Assembly (NCBI GenBank): GCA_020536535.1 | Contig: JAHLWZ010000275.1 | Coordinates: forward strand, 99,748-163,747 | Source: Pelomyxa schiedti | Lineage: Eukaryota > Protista > Evosea | Length of the DNA stretch: 64,000 bases | Direction of reading: 5' to 3' | Shown: in pieces, positions 48,719 to 60,240 of the stretch | Layout of the letters: each line of letters starts with the position of its first letter | Numbering within the stretch: position 1 is the first letter of the stretch | Notes under the pieces: generated by a model | What the model saw: the letters and a program-made list of their open reading frames with translations, nothing else | Told to the model about the DNA's origin: nothing | Databases searched by the model: none | Position numbers and translations under genes: made by a program

Positions 48719-50593
48719 ATGGTGAGGCTCACAGAGGCGATGGTCATCGCCAAGTCCCGGATGGAAAACATCACGCAAATACGAAACTTGAATATGTGGG
48801 GCAATGACCTGACTGATGTGAGCTCATTACACTCCACAGTTTTTTTTTTGTTTTGTTTTTGTTGTTGGTGGTGCTGGCTTTTTTCTTCCCCAAACCAGAG
48901 TGGGGCTCCGTTTGTTAACTGTCTTTTTTCTTTGCAAAACAAAAAAAGGTGTCAATTTTGCAAAGCATGCCCAACGTGGAAGTTGTGTCACTAAGTATTA
49001 ATAGAATTTCTTCTCTGGGGCCATTTGCCTCGTGTATGTACCCTCAAGAGCATAGTGCACCCAATGTGCAATAATAATAACTAATTAGGTAGAAAACTTG
49101 TAGAACTTTACCTGCGAAAAAACGAGGTTTCAGACCTAGATGAAGTGGTACACCTTCAGGCTAACACAAGGTTTCTAAATGAGACAGTAAAAACCTCTGG
49201 GATGAACATTAAAAATAAGGTTACGCATTTTGTGGCTTGGTGGAAATCCATGCTCTCAACTGTCTAATTACAGGCTTCGTGTTATACGCGCGCTTCCTCA
49301 ACTTCAAAAGCTTGATGACACAGGTCCTTACTCATTCTGCACTTTAATTTTCCTTATTTATTTTATTTTGCAGACATAACCCCTCAAGAGAGAGAACAAG
49401 CTCTTTTAATTGAACCACCGCTGAGCAAGCAGGCTGTCCTACGACCTGCTACATCTCCTGCAAATCTTATTGCCACACCATCCCTCCCTCCCTCATCCAC
49501 AAATACTGCAGCCCAAAATGCAAACCTTTCACCATCAACACAGTCCCCACATACAGCAAGTAACTCCAACCTTGTGGCCAGGAGAAGCTCCAATGCAGTA
49601 TCAAATAGTCCAGGCTTATCTTCTCATTTAAACAGGCCAAGAGGGACGTGGCAGCTTCAAGATCGACCACAGGTTATTCACTCTCCTTGATATTCAACTT
49701 CAAATATGCAAGAAATATATTCGCACTATTTTAAAAACAGATGTGTCTGATAACCTACAGCAATCAGGCTCTGAAGCATCTATTGATGGCACTAATTCTA
49801 CAGTCTCTCAACCCTCACAGCCACCCCAATCACAATCAACCACCTTTCAAAACTCACCAGAACCTACACAATCCCCCTCTCTTCACTCACATTTATATGC
49901 ACATTCTACGCAAACAACGGCGTCTCCTTCATCAAACCCACAACGTCGTCATACAAGTCTTCATCAGCACCAAACTATAGCACAGACACCAATGGACTCG
50001 CACATGAGTCCCCAGCACACACAACCGGATATCCAACAAACTGTACAGCAACCCTCACACCCACAACCTTCTGTAGATCAGGTACAGACAACAAAGCAGG
50101 CTCAGACACAGTCATCAGTACTTTGCTTCCCATTTATTCTGGTACTCGTATAACTTCCGGCTTTTTTTTTCCCCCCCCCAGGTATCTCCTCAAGAATCCC
50201 TTTCAGTGCCACCTTTGCACTCAAGGTACCTATTCCTATTAACCACGTTTTCTGGACTAATATCTTCTAAGCCGAGGCAGACCGTCCAGTCAGCCGGGCC
50301 ACCCCAGACAAATGGTAGTACCTCGAAAATCCTCCCCAACACTCTTCTGCCATACCAATCAACCCTTTTAGACAGGGCAAAGAATAAGAAGTAGTGGAGC
50401 TCTGAGTGGAAATAATGTCCTCACCGCTGTAACATTACTGCTGAAAGAACTAGATGATGAATCACTTGTAGTTATCAGGGACAACATAAACACAATCCTG
50501 GCAACACACCAGGCCCATTCTGTACACCATCAACCACACACATCACACACAGAAACAGCGGCATCAGCCCAACAACAACCACCCAAATTGTAA
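48719..50593 (+). CDS. CFAP410: Cilia- and flagella-associated LRR protein (C21orf2-like)
   Basis: [73 protein letters not shown]; C-terminal [14 protein letters not shown]. Confidence 0.88.
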
Positions 50594-50686
50594 AAAAAAA
50601 AAACCAACTACTGGTTGTGAATTTTTTATTCTGTTACAGTAACAAAATTGTTTGGGAAATCTCTGCTGTGGTGCAGGAAGTATGAA

Positions 50687-53600
50687 TCAAACACCCCCTT
50701 TTGTTTTTCTCAGCATGGATTGGCCAAATACAGGAGGCTGTGGTTGGACTGGGCCACCCGGTTCAGCAGAAGCCCCCTTTGGTCTTGCAAGGGTACTTTT
50801 CTGGCCTGATTTGATGAGGGCAATAATGTCCCCCATGGGGTCTTCACCTTCCTTAATTCGGGCACCAAATGTACCGGCAGCTTTCTTGTGCACTTTTTGT
50901 GTTCTGGAATTGTTTGGATGAGTTTGATGGGGGATTTTGTGGGTAGTTACATACTCGCGTTTCACGGGAGGTGCTGCTGTAGCGGCGGCAACTCGTTTGC
51001 AACTGGCAATTAGAGTCTTGAAAATTCCAAAGAAAATCTCAGTTGTTTGAGTTGCAGCAAGGGCCTTGTTTGTGGTAAAGAACTCCACGGATTCTAGGAA
51101 TATATCTTGGGAGGAAAGCAAGTCCTCCTTTGCTTTGTTAACATCCTCTGTAGCTATTGATGGTCATGTTATAAGTCAATATTCAAACGGGCTTGTACCA
51201 GAGGACAAGAATTGGTTGGCAATCATCAAAAAGGCATCGTTGCTCCCTGAAGGGGGGACTGTTTCAATTGTCTGATTGATGTCTAGGAAAAAGTTAACTC
51301 TTGATTTGTAGCACACTATTCAAGTACTTTGTATTCCTTTGATTAGGCTATTCAAGTTGGTCTCTACAAGTTTTATATCTACTGTCGCTGCCTCAGACAC
51401 ATGTTCAAGTTCAGTTGCTTTATTGTGTAAGTTTGCACGTAGAATAACGGGGTCTCCTACGTATATTTTGGGACTCGGAACAGGAGCCGATTGCATAGCT
51501 CAATAGATTTGATGACGATGAGGAGTCTTTGATTTCAGCAAATTGCGTAAGCATTTCAATGTTGAATCCATCAGCCTGCCCCCTCGGCGTTCCTCCTATG
51601 AACAAATTATTTGCAAGTCTAATGTTGAAGGGTACCATTTAGATAATTCCCAATGGCCAATATAGTTCCGAGAAGAGAACGAAGAGCTGGACTCTCCTTT
51701 ATTTCCTGATTCCGATTAAATGATAATAACTCTATCAACTTGGACATACGGCAGAGGCTTTTTGGACTGTTTGGATTGGTGTACATATGTCAGCCAGCTT
51801 CTCAGGAAAGTCGTTTGCAAAGTCCCAAAAATTTAATCGTTCACGTATGTAGGGAATACCAAGTACAAGGAGAGAAAATCTAGTAGCAATTAAAATGTCA
51901 TAGAAATGAATGATTGGTACTGTTCTGGCTTATCAAAAATAACTCCAGGGACATCTGCTTCACGAATCGTCATCTCTTCTTCGTTGGAGGGTAACTGCAG
52001 ATTGTCATGATTGGTCTGCTCAAAAGGAACGCCTTACATTATGCATAAGTTCGTGGATCATTTCCTTCGATATTTTGGATCGATCAACATCCCGTAAAGC
52101 TTCTGATGTTAAATGAATTCAGAGTGCAGGGGTGGGTACCCTGAGTAAGCTCAGCATCAGGAGGAAATCGCCCACGCATGATTCCAAGGGCATTTGATTT
52201 TTTACTTGGAAGAAGGCGGACCACTTGTCTTTTTTCAGGAGCCTGATGTATAAATGAAATTGACTAAAAACGAAAAGTTTGTAATACAATTTCCTCTGGC
52301 TTGGGGCCAGTAGCGTCGGGTTTTGCTTGATTTTTCATGGCAAAATGCTCCAGAAGGTTAGATTCATCAAATTCTTGCTCCTTTACGGAATCCCAGATGC
52401 ACTTTTTCCTCTCAGAATCGACTCTAAAAAAAGTTAGCTGCAGCAGCTAAGAAATGTTGCTAACTGAGGTGGTGGAAGAATGAGCCTTGTCCAATGAACA
52501 GCACGCATTTTGGCTTTTGGAACGACTGCAGGTTTGTTTGTTTTTTGCTTCATAAGACCTGGACCTGGTGGCGGGGGTGGAGGAGGTGCGCCTGCGCCTG
52601 GTGGAGGTGGTGGGGTACCAACGGAGCTTTCCGTTTCAGGGGGCATTTCTGATAGTGGAGGAGGCGGAATATCCGAGGCAGGGGTAGCTTCTCCACCACC
52701 ACTCTTTCTCCTATGTTTGTGAGTGTGCTTGTTGTCGTCAGTTGATGTAGATGTTGAGGAAGTGGTTGTTGTTGTGGAAACTGATGTTGTAGAACCAGAG
52801 GAAGCTGTGTGAGATCGATCCTAAAGAACGAATTAATTGAGAAAAGGAATAATTAGTGCCGAAACATACCACAGCGGAGTTCACAGAAGAAAGGGAGCCT
52901 GTAGGTAAGGGATCTGTCTGAACGAATTTGCTCACTCCAATTTGCATTTCTGTTTGTGTGGGGCGAGAAGAGGTTTTTACAATCTCTGTCTGTACGCTGG
53001 CATTTTGTGTTGGAAAACGTCTTTCAGCTGAAGATGTAGTTGTAAGGGGTGCAGGAGCACCTTCTTCAGGTTCTGTTTGCACCCACACATCAACCATTTT
53101 GCCAACTTTATCAAAGTATGCAATCAATTTGTCGTGTTTCTCTGTTCGAGTCAGACTGATATCTGTCTGTACGGCCACCTCTATGAATGCAGCAGCACTT
53201 CTTGTCATTAAGACTTTACGTTTCACCCAATCTTTGGCTGACGTCGGTGCACTGGAGGCTGCTGTACTTGAAGTAGTACTGCTGGTTGCAGTTGTGCTGG
53301 AATCTGAGGTGGTACTTGTAGTGGTACTGGCATCTGTGGGTGTGGTGGATGTTGAGTCAGATGTGGGGGTGGCAGTAGGTGTGGAGGTGTTTGCAGAAGG
53401 TGCCGACTCCGATTGCCGGTGTGCGTGCTTTTTTCGTGATCCTCTGCGACTTGGACGGGAAGATTTTCGTGCTGGTGCCTCCTGGCTTGCTGTTGACGGT
53501 GTTGTCTCAGTAGTATCCCCTTTGGCTGGAGAGGGTAAGTTGGAAGTATAACTTGTACACAAACTTAAGAAAGATAAATCAACAGGTGAGGATTCAGCCT

Positions 53601-55586
53601 TTGTCCCAACAAGTGTATCATGTCTTGACATTGGAGCTCCTATAGGATGAATTAATGGTATTGAAAAAAAGGTCAACAAACTTATGTTCACTATGGTTCC
53701 AGAGTCCGAAATTTGTTGTAGGGAATTTTTGCAAAACATCAATTCGTGCTTGAGAAGGTACACTAGAGGTTGTTGTTCCTCGTATCTGGCCATTTATCAG
53801 TGAATTATAAGAGTGTTTAGGTACTTTTCAAGGGCAGCTTCCAATTCTTTGTAGGTACGCTTGCCTCTGCTTCCCTTTTCCGTGGAAAGCAGTAGTTGAG
53901 TGGAATTCACCTAATTTGCATGTATTTCTTAAATTAAATCGGGAATGATTGTGGAAAAACGAAAAGACACACGAGTTTACCTCAAACATCGCAAGTTGTG
54001 TTTTAAAGGATGGGTGCACAATTCGACTTTGTTTCTAGGTTTTCCCTTAGTTACTTCCTTTCAGGCGACTTGCATACCCGCAAAATGCCGTCTATTCCCA
54101 ATTTTTTGAAGTGATTCAATAATTTTAGTTGCTTTTCAGCGGGTGCATTGTCCAAGAGGCTATTGAATAGAGTCAAAGCATTGACTTGAGTTTCTATATC
54201 ACCACTACAGGGAAAGGTAAACAAGAAGTTTTCCCACCAATGCAACGAAACCTGGCCAGGAGAGCAATAAGATTGGAGTATTTATCTTTTCCCCGTTTCT
54301 TCGCGGTTTCTTTTGCAGCTTTGTGCACCTACAAATTCTTAGAAGACAAAATCAACTCAGAAGTTAACCAAGGAAAATCCATCAAAGCTACATAAAACTA
54401 ACAGTAGTTCAGTAGCTTGTCGACAAACAGGGGCCATGGTTTGGGAATCCACTACAAGTGATGAGTGTGATGCTGTTCTTAGCAGACATACCAAGTGTAA
54501 ACAACATTTCCACAAAAGGAGGGTTCTCCATGATTTCCTGATAATAGGTTACAAATTGGGATGGTGGATTTAGTCATGCCTCCAATCCAGAGAGATACCC
54601 CATCAACGAGCGTACAGCACCAAGAGCATAGGCTTGTGTGTTTCCCTCTTGTTTGATTACAATGTTCATTAATAAGGCCATTCCTCCCTGATCAAGGAAT
54701 TCCTCAGCAAAAGAAGGGTCCTTGTAGACAATGAAATAAGTCTGACCAAAAAAAAATGTCACACCTGTAACTGGTATCTCATCCTAAAGGTAGTTTCCTT
54801 TAGCGAGTCTTCAGAGGTTAACACATCAACGAAGTTTCTCGCCCGTATGTTTGGCTACACTTGTCATCCATTTCAGGCATTTTAGGGAACAGAAAGTAGG
54901 GTATATAAATACTACTAATATTTTTTTACTAGTAGTATCCCATCTTATCTTTGTCTTTTGCACACAGACATAGACACATCACATGAGATAGAAAAGTTTT
55001 GGCAAATTTTTGACAGAGGGGGTGTTGCATTCCCAACCTTGATCCTCACTATCAATGTGTCACTATCAGCCACATCCTTCAAAAAATAGTACTCGTCGTC
55101 CACATACTGCCCTGTGTCCTTTGACTGGAACCCAAACGATTCGGCGAAGGCGCTGTTGAACGACATGGTCGACGCGACGCCCGTGGTCGAGCGACGCAGC
55201 AGCGATCCAACCGACGCCGAGCCCGACGGCGCGAGGGCGAGCGGCGACGGCGAGGACGAGGCGACGCCGCTGGGGAACGTGTCCTCGAGGAGCGACTCCA
55301 TCTGCTCCCGCGAGGGCTTGTTGACGTCGAACCCATAATCGACTTTGATGACCGCCGAAGGGGACGACGAAGGGGAGGAGGAAGGAGCAGCTGGGGTGGA
55401 AGCTGTGGTGGTTGGTGAAGAAGCTGATGAAGATGAGGATGATGAGAGGAGAGAGGTGGATGAAGTGGAGGAAGTGAGGAGGGCTGCACCAGCCCCGGAC
55501 ATCATGGCCCTCTCGTACAGCCGGTCATCGAGGGGCGGGAACTCGACGTGGAGGGTCCTCTTGGTGGTGCTTCCCCCGGTAGTCAT
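50687..55586 (-). CDS. FHOD-type formin (GBD/FH3, FH1, FH2)
   Basis: FAEEFLDQGGMALL..EGNTQAYAL; polyproline FH1 52550-52700; FH2 MRAVHWTRL, IRERLNFWDF, LAIGNYLN-GGTPRGQADGF, TEIFFGIF. Confidence 0.9.
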
Positions 55587-55818
55587 CACACTCGTTTGTT
55601 GTTTCGATTATTTTTCGACAGTTCGAAGCCCTCTTTTCGCGAAGCCCCGAAGCGGAAAGGACCACGAAGAGATGGAAGTCCAATTCAATTATCTGTGACG
55701 AGTGAGCTGTCTAAGAGCAACGGAGGGGTATTGCCCTTCAGAACCGAAAGTAAGGGTTTCGAGTCAGTGGTGCACCGGAGTACAATTTCTCTGATTCTGC
55801 ATCCCAGAATTTTGTAAA

Positions 55819-57868
55819 ATGCAACCTGAAACGACGGAGGGTGGTTTCGGCGTGCTAATGGCCTCACTGTCACGCAAGGCTCCCACAATCCCCGTGGACA
55901 ACAAGTACTTTCTCTTGCTTCTCCACCGCACCCATCTCACCACCAATTTGACCCCAGGATCAAGCTGGAGGTATACATTGGGTCCGCCAATACCCTTCTC
56001 CGCAAACTTCGAGGCCTTCCTTGGTACTCATCACAGTCCCTGTCTCAGCCTCAGCCTCTCACTCAATCACTGTACCCTCCTCTTCAGCCTCAATCAGTCA
56101 TGGGCAGTAGCCCTCGTGGTCGCACTACGGCGCCGTCGGTCGTTGTATCGACGTCGGTATTGCCACCACATCCAAATATCTCGTCGGAATTGAGACTGAC
56201 GGAGCTGTGCAAAGTCTATATTCTATCCTTCAGGTTTCTGAATTTTTTTTGGTGACTACAAGCGAACTACACAATGAAATGAATTCCCCCCCAGGATTCT
56301 TAAGCTGCACACAGATTTGCCAAGCTCGTCATTAATACTATTTTGCAGCATCATGACCATAATTCACCCATCTATGCGAGTGAGTCATAGCAATTATATA
56401 TACAGAACTTGGAGTTCACAAATAAGCTAACATCTTCTAAAGAAGATATTAATAACTTGCGCAGTGAAGCCAAACTTATTGTGGAAGAAATACGTAAAAT
56501 AAAAATGTATGTACAAGTGATCAGTGATCCCACCTTATATCGTAAAATGAACTAGATTGATTGAACAGTTGTTCATTGGAACTTGTGAAACATATACTGA
56601 GCCTCAAGGGGCTCCCTATGTACCTCCAACAAAACCTCTTCCCGAGGAACAGCAGATATGCTTAACAGACTCTCCCACAACTGCGTATGAACCAACGCAA
56701 TACCGCGAAAAATCACCTTCGTAGTCAGATGGTGAAGAGAACTGGTGCTGATTTTGATCTCCTCGCTGAACTTGGTTCAGGAGGGTAAACCCCATTTTAC
56801 ATTTTCCCAAATTAATTCTAATAGGTTGGAAATAGTTTTGGTACCTGCAGAAAAATGTTTGATCGGAAGGCAAATCGTGTAACAGTTGTGAAGAGCATAC
56901 ATTATACCACTGTTGGAGATGTAAAAAAGATCATGCGGGAGATCAATGCACTTAGGTGCATGTCTCACCCAAACATTGTGCAGTATTTTTTAACCTATCT
57001 TGAACCTGAGCACATCTGTATATGCATGGAGTTTTGCGATGGTTCGTTTTCTTCATTTGCAAATAACTTTCATTCTTACTTGCTCAGGTGGGGATATGGG
57101 GAACTGGATTAAGAGGAGATCTTCCCGGTTAGGCCATTGGACACCAGTCCGGGATGAACTTATCTTTCGTTGGGCGTATGAAGTAGTACAAAGAAGAGAA
57201 GGATAAGTTTATACTCACCGGGTTTAGTTTTGTAGTGGTATGGAATACATTCATCGCACAGGCTGGCTGCACAGGTTTCCTGCATTTCACTTCTCAGTTC
57301 CTAAGCCCCAACATAGGGATTTAAAACCAGCGAACGTTTTACTCACTTCCGTGGAGAATTGTGCACTTACTGACCACGAGAATGATCAACCACATTACTC
57401 CGTAAGAATAGCCGATCTTGGATTATCGTAAGCATAATTCACAACTGCCACCCTTCCCTAACTCCCATAAGTGTGGACCTCGAGAGCTACAGCCACGCCT
57501 CCTCCAATGCCGGAAGCATGGCCTACTGGGCACCGGAGCAGTACCAAGGTTCGCTGCCATCCCGCCGGACTGATGTTTATAGTGGCGGCTGTGTCCTATA
57601 CGAAATCATGATGGGGCCCAGCAACCCGGCTTGTGCCCTTCTCGTCCACGACGAAAAGGGTACAAGGGACACGAAAATTCACGAATTCCGCTGTGCGTAC
57701 CATCCTTGTGCTAGCACTACAACAGCCACCTCCACAACAACAACTGCCACAGACAGTAGTGTTCTGACACCCACACTGAAGATGTGTGATGTAGTTCTTC
57801 AGATGATGGACCATGAGCCAAAGCAGCGCCCAACATTTGCCTCCCTTATGTCCACCCTAAACCACTGA
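55819..57868 (+). CDS. Ser/Thr protein kinase (NEK-like), multi-exon
   Basis: HPNIVQY, MEFCDGGD, HRDLKPANVLL, IADLGLS, GSMAYWAPE, DVYSGG, RPTF. Confidence 0.88.
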
Positions 57869-58039
57869 GTCCAAGCAAATAACCAAACAGAACAAAACAA
57901 CAGAAAACCAAAGACTAGATTGAGTAGAATGTAATTTTACTTCATTCTCTTTCTCCTTCCTTTGGTGTGTGTGGTGATAGTGTAGTGCAGGTGAATGTGA
58001 TTGTGTGCCAGGGTTCCAGACAGACAAAGCAAAGCCAAG

Positions 58040-60064
58040 TCAACCAACAAATATCCTACGTAATGATTTGACACTGATTTTGCCGCGGCAGGTGGGGCAT
58101 TTGTCACTGCCGCGAAGCCAATGGCGAATGCATTTCTCACAAAACACATGCCCACACTTGGTGCTCGTGCAAGTTGTGATTTCCGTGAGGCAAATCGGGC
58201 ATTGTGTGCTCAGGGTCTTACTCTGGGCTCGCGGTGCTGAGGGCGACGTTGTTGATGTTGTTGTTGTTGAGGATGAGGATGAGGCTTTCTTTGGGGATGA
58301 ATCCTCAGAGTCGCTCAGAACAATTACATCTTGTACAGTCATGGGTGAGGGTGGCGGTTGCTGTGTGACCTGTAAATGGGAAACGATGAGGTGAGAATTG
58401 TGTGGGAGAGAAAACATAACGTTGGAAGCGGAAGGCCGTTGTGGTACCGGAATGTTGTAAGGCATGCAGGGAAGTGCTGGGAGTTGGGAAAGCGGAGACT
58501 GCCGAGCATTGAAACCTGTTATGTCAAACGGGGGAGGGAGGAGAGGTGGGATGTGTTGTTGACCACCGCTGTTCCATAGGGATGAGAATAAATCTACAAT
58601 GCGTGTTGGTGGTGCTGTTTGTGAAAATCCTATTTCGGTGTGAATCGGAGGTAAGAGTGTAGAAGCGGCATGTGTGGTGGGCATGGTAGTTGAGGGAATA
58701 TGATTGCCTGCGGGCCAACTACTTGCATTGCTGTGTGTACTGGCAGTCTGCGGCATTTGAGTCAAACTAGTGGTGTTATAGGAGTCTAGAGGGCTAATCG
58801 AGGGATAGAGGGGAGGACTCTCTGGACTATCTCTAGATGAGTCGTAGCGGAAACTCCCAACCCGCGTATTAGCTGGCACATATGGGGTATATCGCGGACT
58901 CCTCGGTGCATACATTGGACTTTCAGAGCGATAGCCTGAGTACACAGGACTCACGGAGCGGTAGCCTGGACTTGTGGGGCTATAGACTGGAGTAGTGGGG
59001 CTGTAAAGTGGACTCGTGGAGCCGTAGACGGGACTCGAGAGGATGATGGTTGGGCTCGCCGGGATGACGGTTGGACTCGAGGGCTCGTAGAATGGGGTCC
59101 CAGGGATGCTTCCAGGACTTGTGGGAGTGTAGGGCGGAGGTGTGGAGGAAGGAGATGTTGGGTAATAAGGTTGTCTCACTGGAGAATCGCAAATGAGAAT
59201 AGGTGAAGTTGGATCGAAAGATGAAATAGGAATTGGGCTTGTAGTTCCAGAGGAAGTATTAACAGTAGCAGTCTGCATTGAAGTTTGTACGGGACTAACG
59301 ACATTGTAATCTGAAGGATGAAACAGAATGCGGGATAACAAGTCTTGGTAAAAATCGTCTTGATGAGTACGTGAAGGATTTGTGTCCAAGTGTTCCATCA
59401 AGGGTGGTGTCCTTGGGCAAAATTCTGAGGTCACAGCAATGTTTTTCAAATCGAATGAAGGCTCCCTCGTAGAGGCGCCAACGAGCTCACAAACTCCGTT
59501 CGCAGAACCAGTAAGATTCCCGCCCGGCGGCGCACGTGAACTTGTTGTCGAAGTAGTCGCGGTCGAATAACCAGGTGCCGCAGCCGAGCCCATCGACGAT
59601 TCAGGCGGCAGATTCGCTGCCGGCGCCCGAGTCTCAGGTGTCAAAAACCTCAGTTGGAGCTGCTGCTGCCGCCGCCTTCTTCCCATAATAGGCGGAGAGC
59701 TCGCATTGGCCGCAGCATTAGGGGCAGAAGCCTCCCCCAAATGAACATTCGCAGAACCCGCGTCGCCGCCGACACCAACGAGCACAACGCCACCACTGTC
59801 GAAAGAGCTCTCCGTCGGCCGCGAGCTCGCCGTAGTTGTCGTCGTCCCAGCGCCTCCTCCTCCTCCTCCGCGGCCGTTGGCGTCGACGGAGCCGAGACCG
59901 CGCGCTCCATCGCCGTAAAGCCCCCGCGGCGCCGACGTCGGCCTGCTGCCGTTGACCACGGCGCCGTGGCCGTTGAGCAAGCTGCGTCGCCGGCGGGGCA
60001 CCACCTGCAGCACTTCCACCTCGTCGTCGCTGAGCACTATTACAGGTGCATCCACCGCGTCCAT
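58040..60064 (-). CDS. RNF4/Slx8-like C-terminal RING ubiquitin ligase with SIMs and YSPTSP-like repeats
   Basis: CPIC..STKCGHVFCEKCI..KCPTCR..LRRIFV; SIM-like VIVLSDDE and VIVLSDSED; intronless ORF. Confidence 0.85.
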   Translation of the reverse strand: MDAVDAPVIVLSDDEVEVLQVVPRRRRSLLNGHGAVVNGSRPTSAPRGLYGDGARGLGSVDANGRGGGGGGAGTTTTTASSRPTESSFDSGGVVLVGVGGDAGSANVHLGEASAPNAAANASSPPIMGRRRRQQQLQLRFLTPETRAPAANLPPESSMGSAAAPGYSTATTSTTSSRAPPGGNLTGSANGVCELVGASTREPSFDLKNIAVTSEFCPRTPPLMEHLDTNPSRTHQDDFYQDLLSRILFHPSDYNVVSPVQTSMQTATVNTSSGTTSPIPISSFDPTSPILICDSPVRQPYYPTSPSSTPPPYTPTSPGSIPGTPFYEPSSPTVIPASPTIILSSPVYGSTSPLYSPTTPVYSPTSPGYRSVSPVYSGYRSESPMYAPRSPRYTPYVPANTRVGSFRYDSSRDSPESPPLYPSISPLDSYNTTSLTQMPQTASTHSNASSWPAGNHIPSTTMPTTHAASTLLPPIHTEIGFSQTAPPTRIVDLFSSLWNSGGQQHIPPLLPPPFDITGFNARQSPLSQLPALPCMPYNIPVPQRPSASNVMFSLPHNSHLIVSHLQVTQQPPPSPMTVQDVIVLSDSEDSSPKKASSSSSTTTTSTTSPSAPRAQSKTLSTQCPICLTEITTCTSTKCGHVFCEKCIRHWLRGSDKCPTCRGKISVKSLRRIFVG

Positions 60065-60240
60065 CCCCAACACCGAATTCGGCAAGCTGTAAAAAAAAAA
60101 AAGCGGGAAAAAAAACAAAATGAAAAATTCTAATCTGACAAACTTTTGTGTGTTTGGTTTCGGGGACGAAACGAACACACAACTTGTTGCGACAACTCGG
60201 GTCACTTGGAACGTTGGTTTGTGCCCGCAGCAAAATCGAA

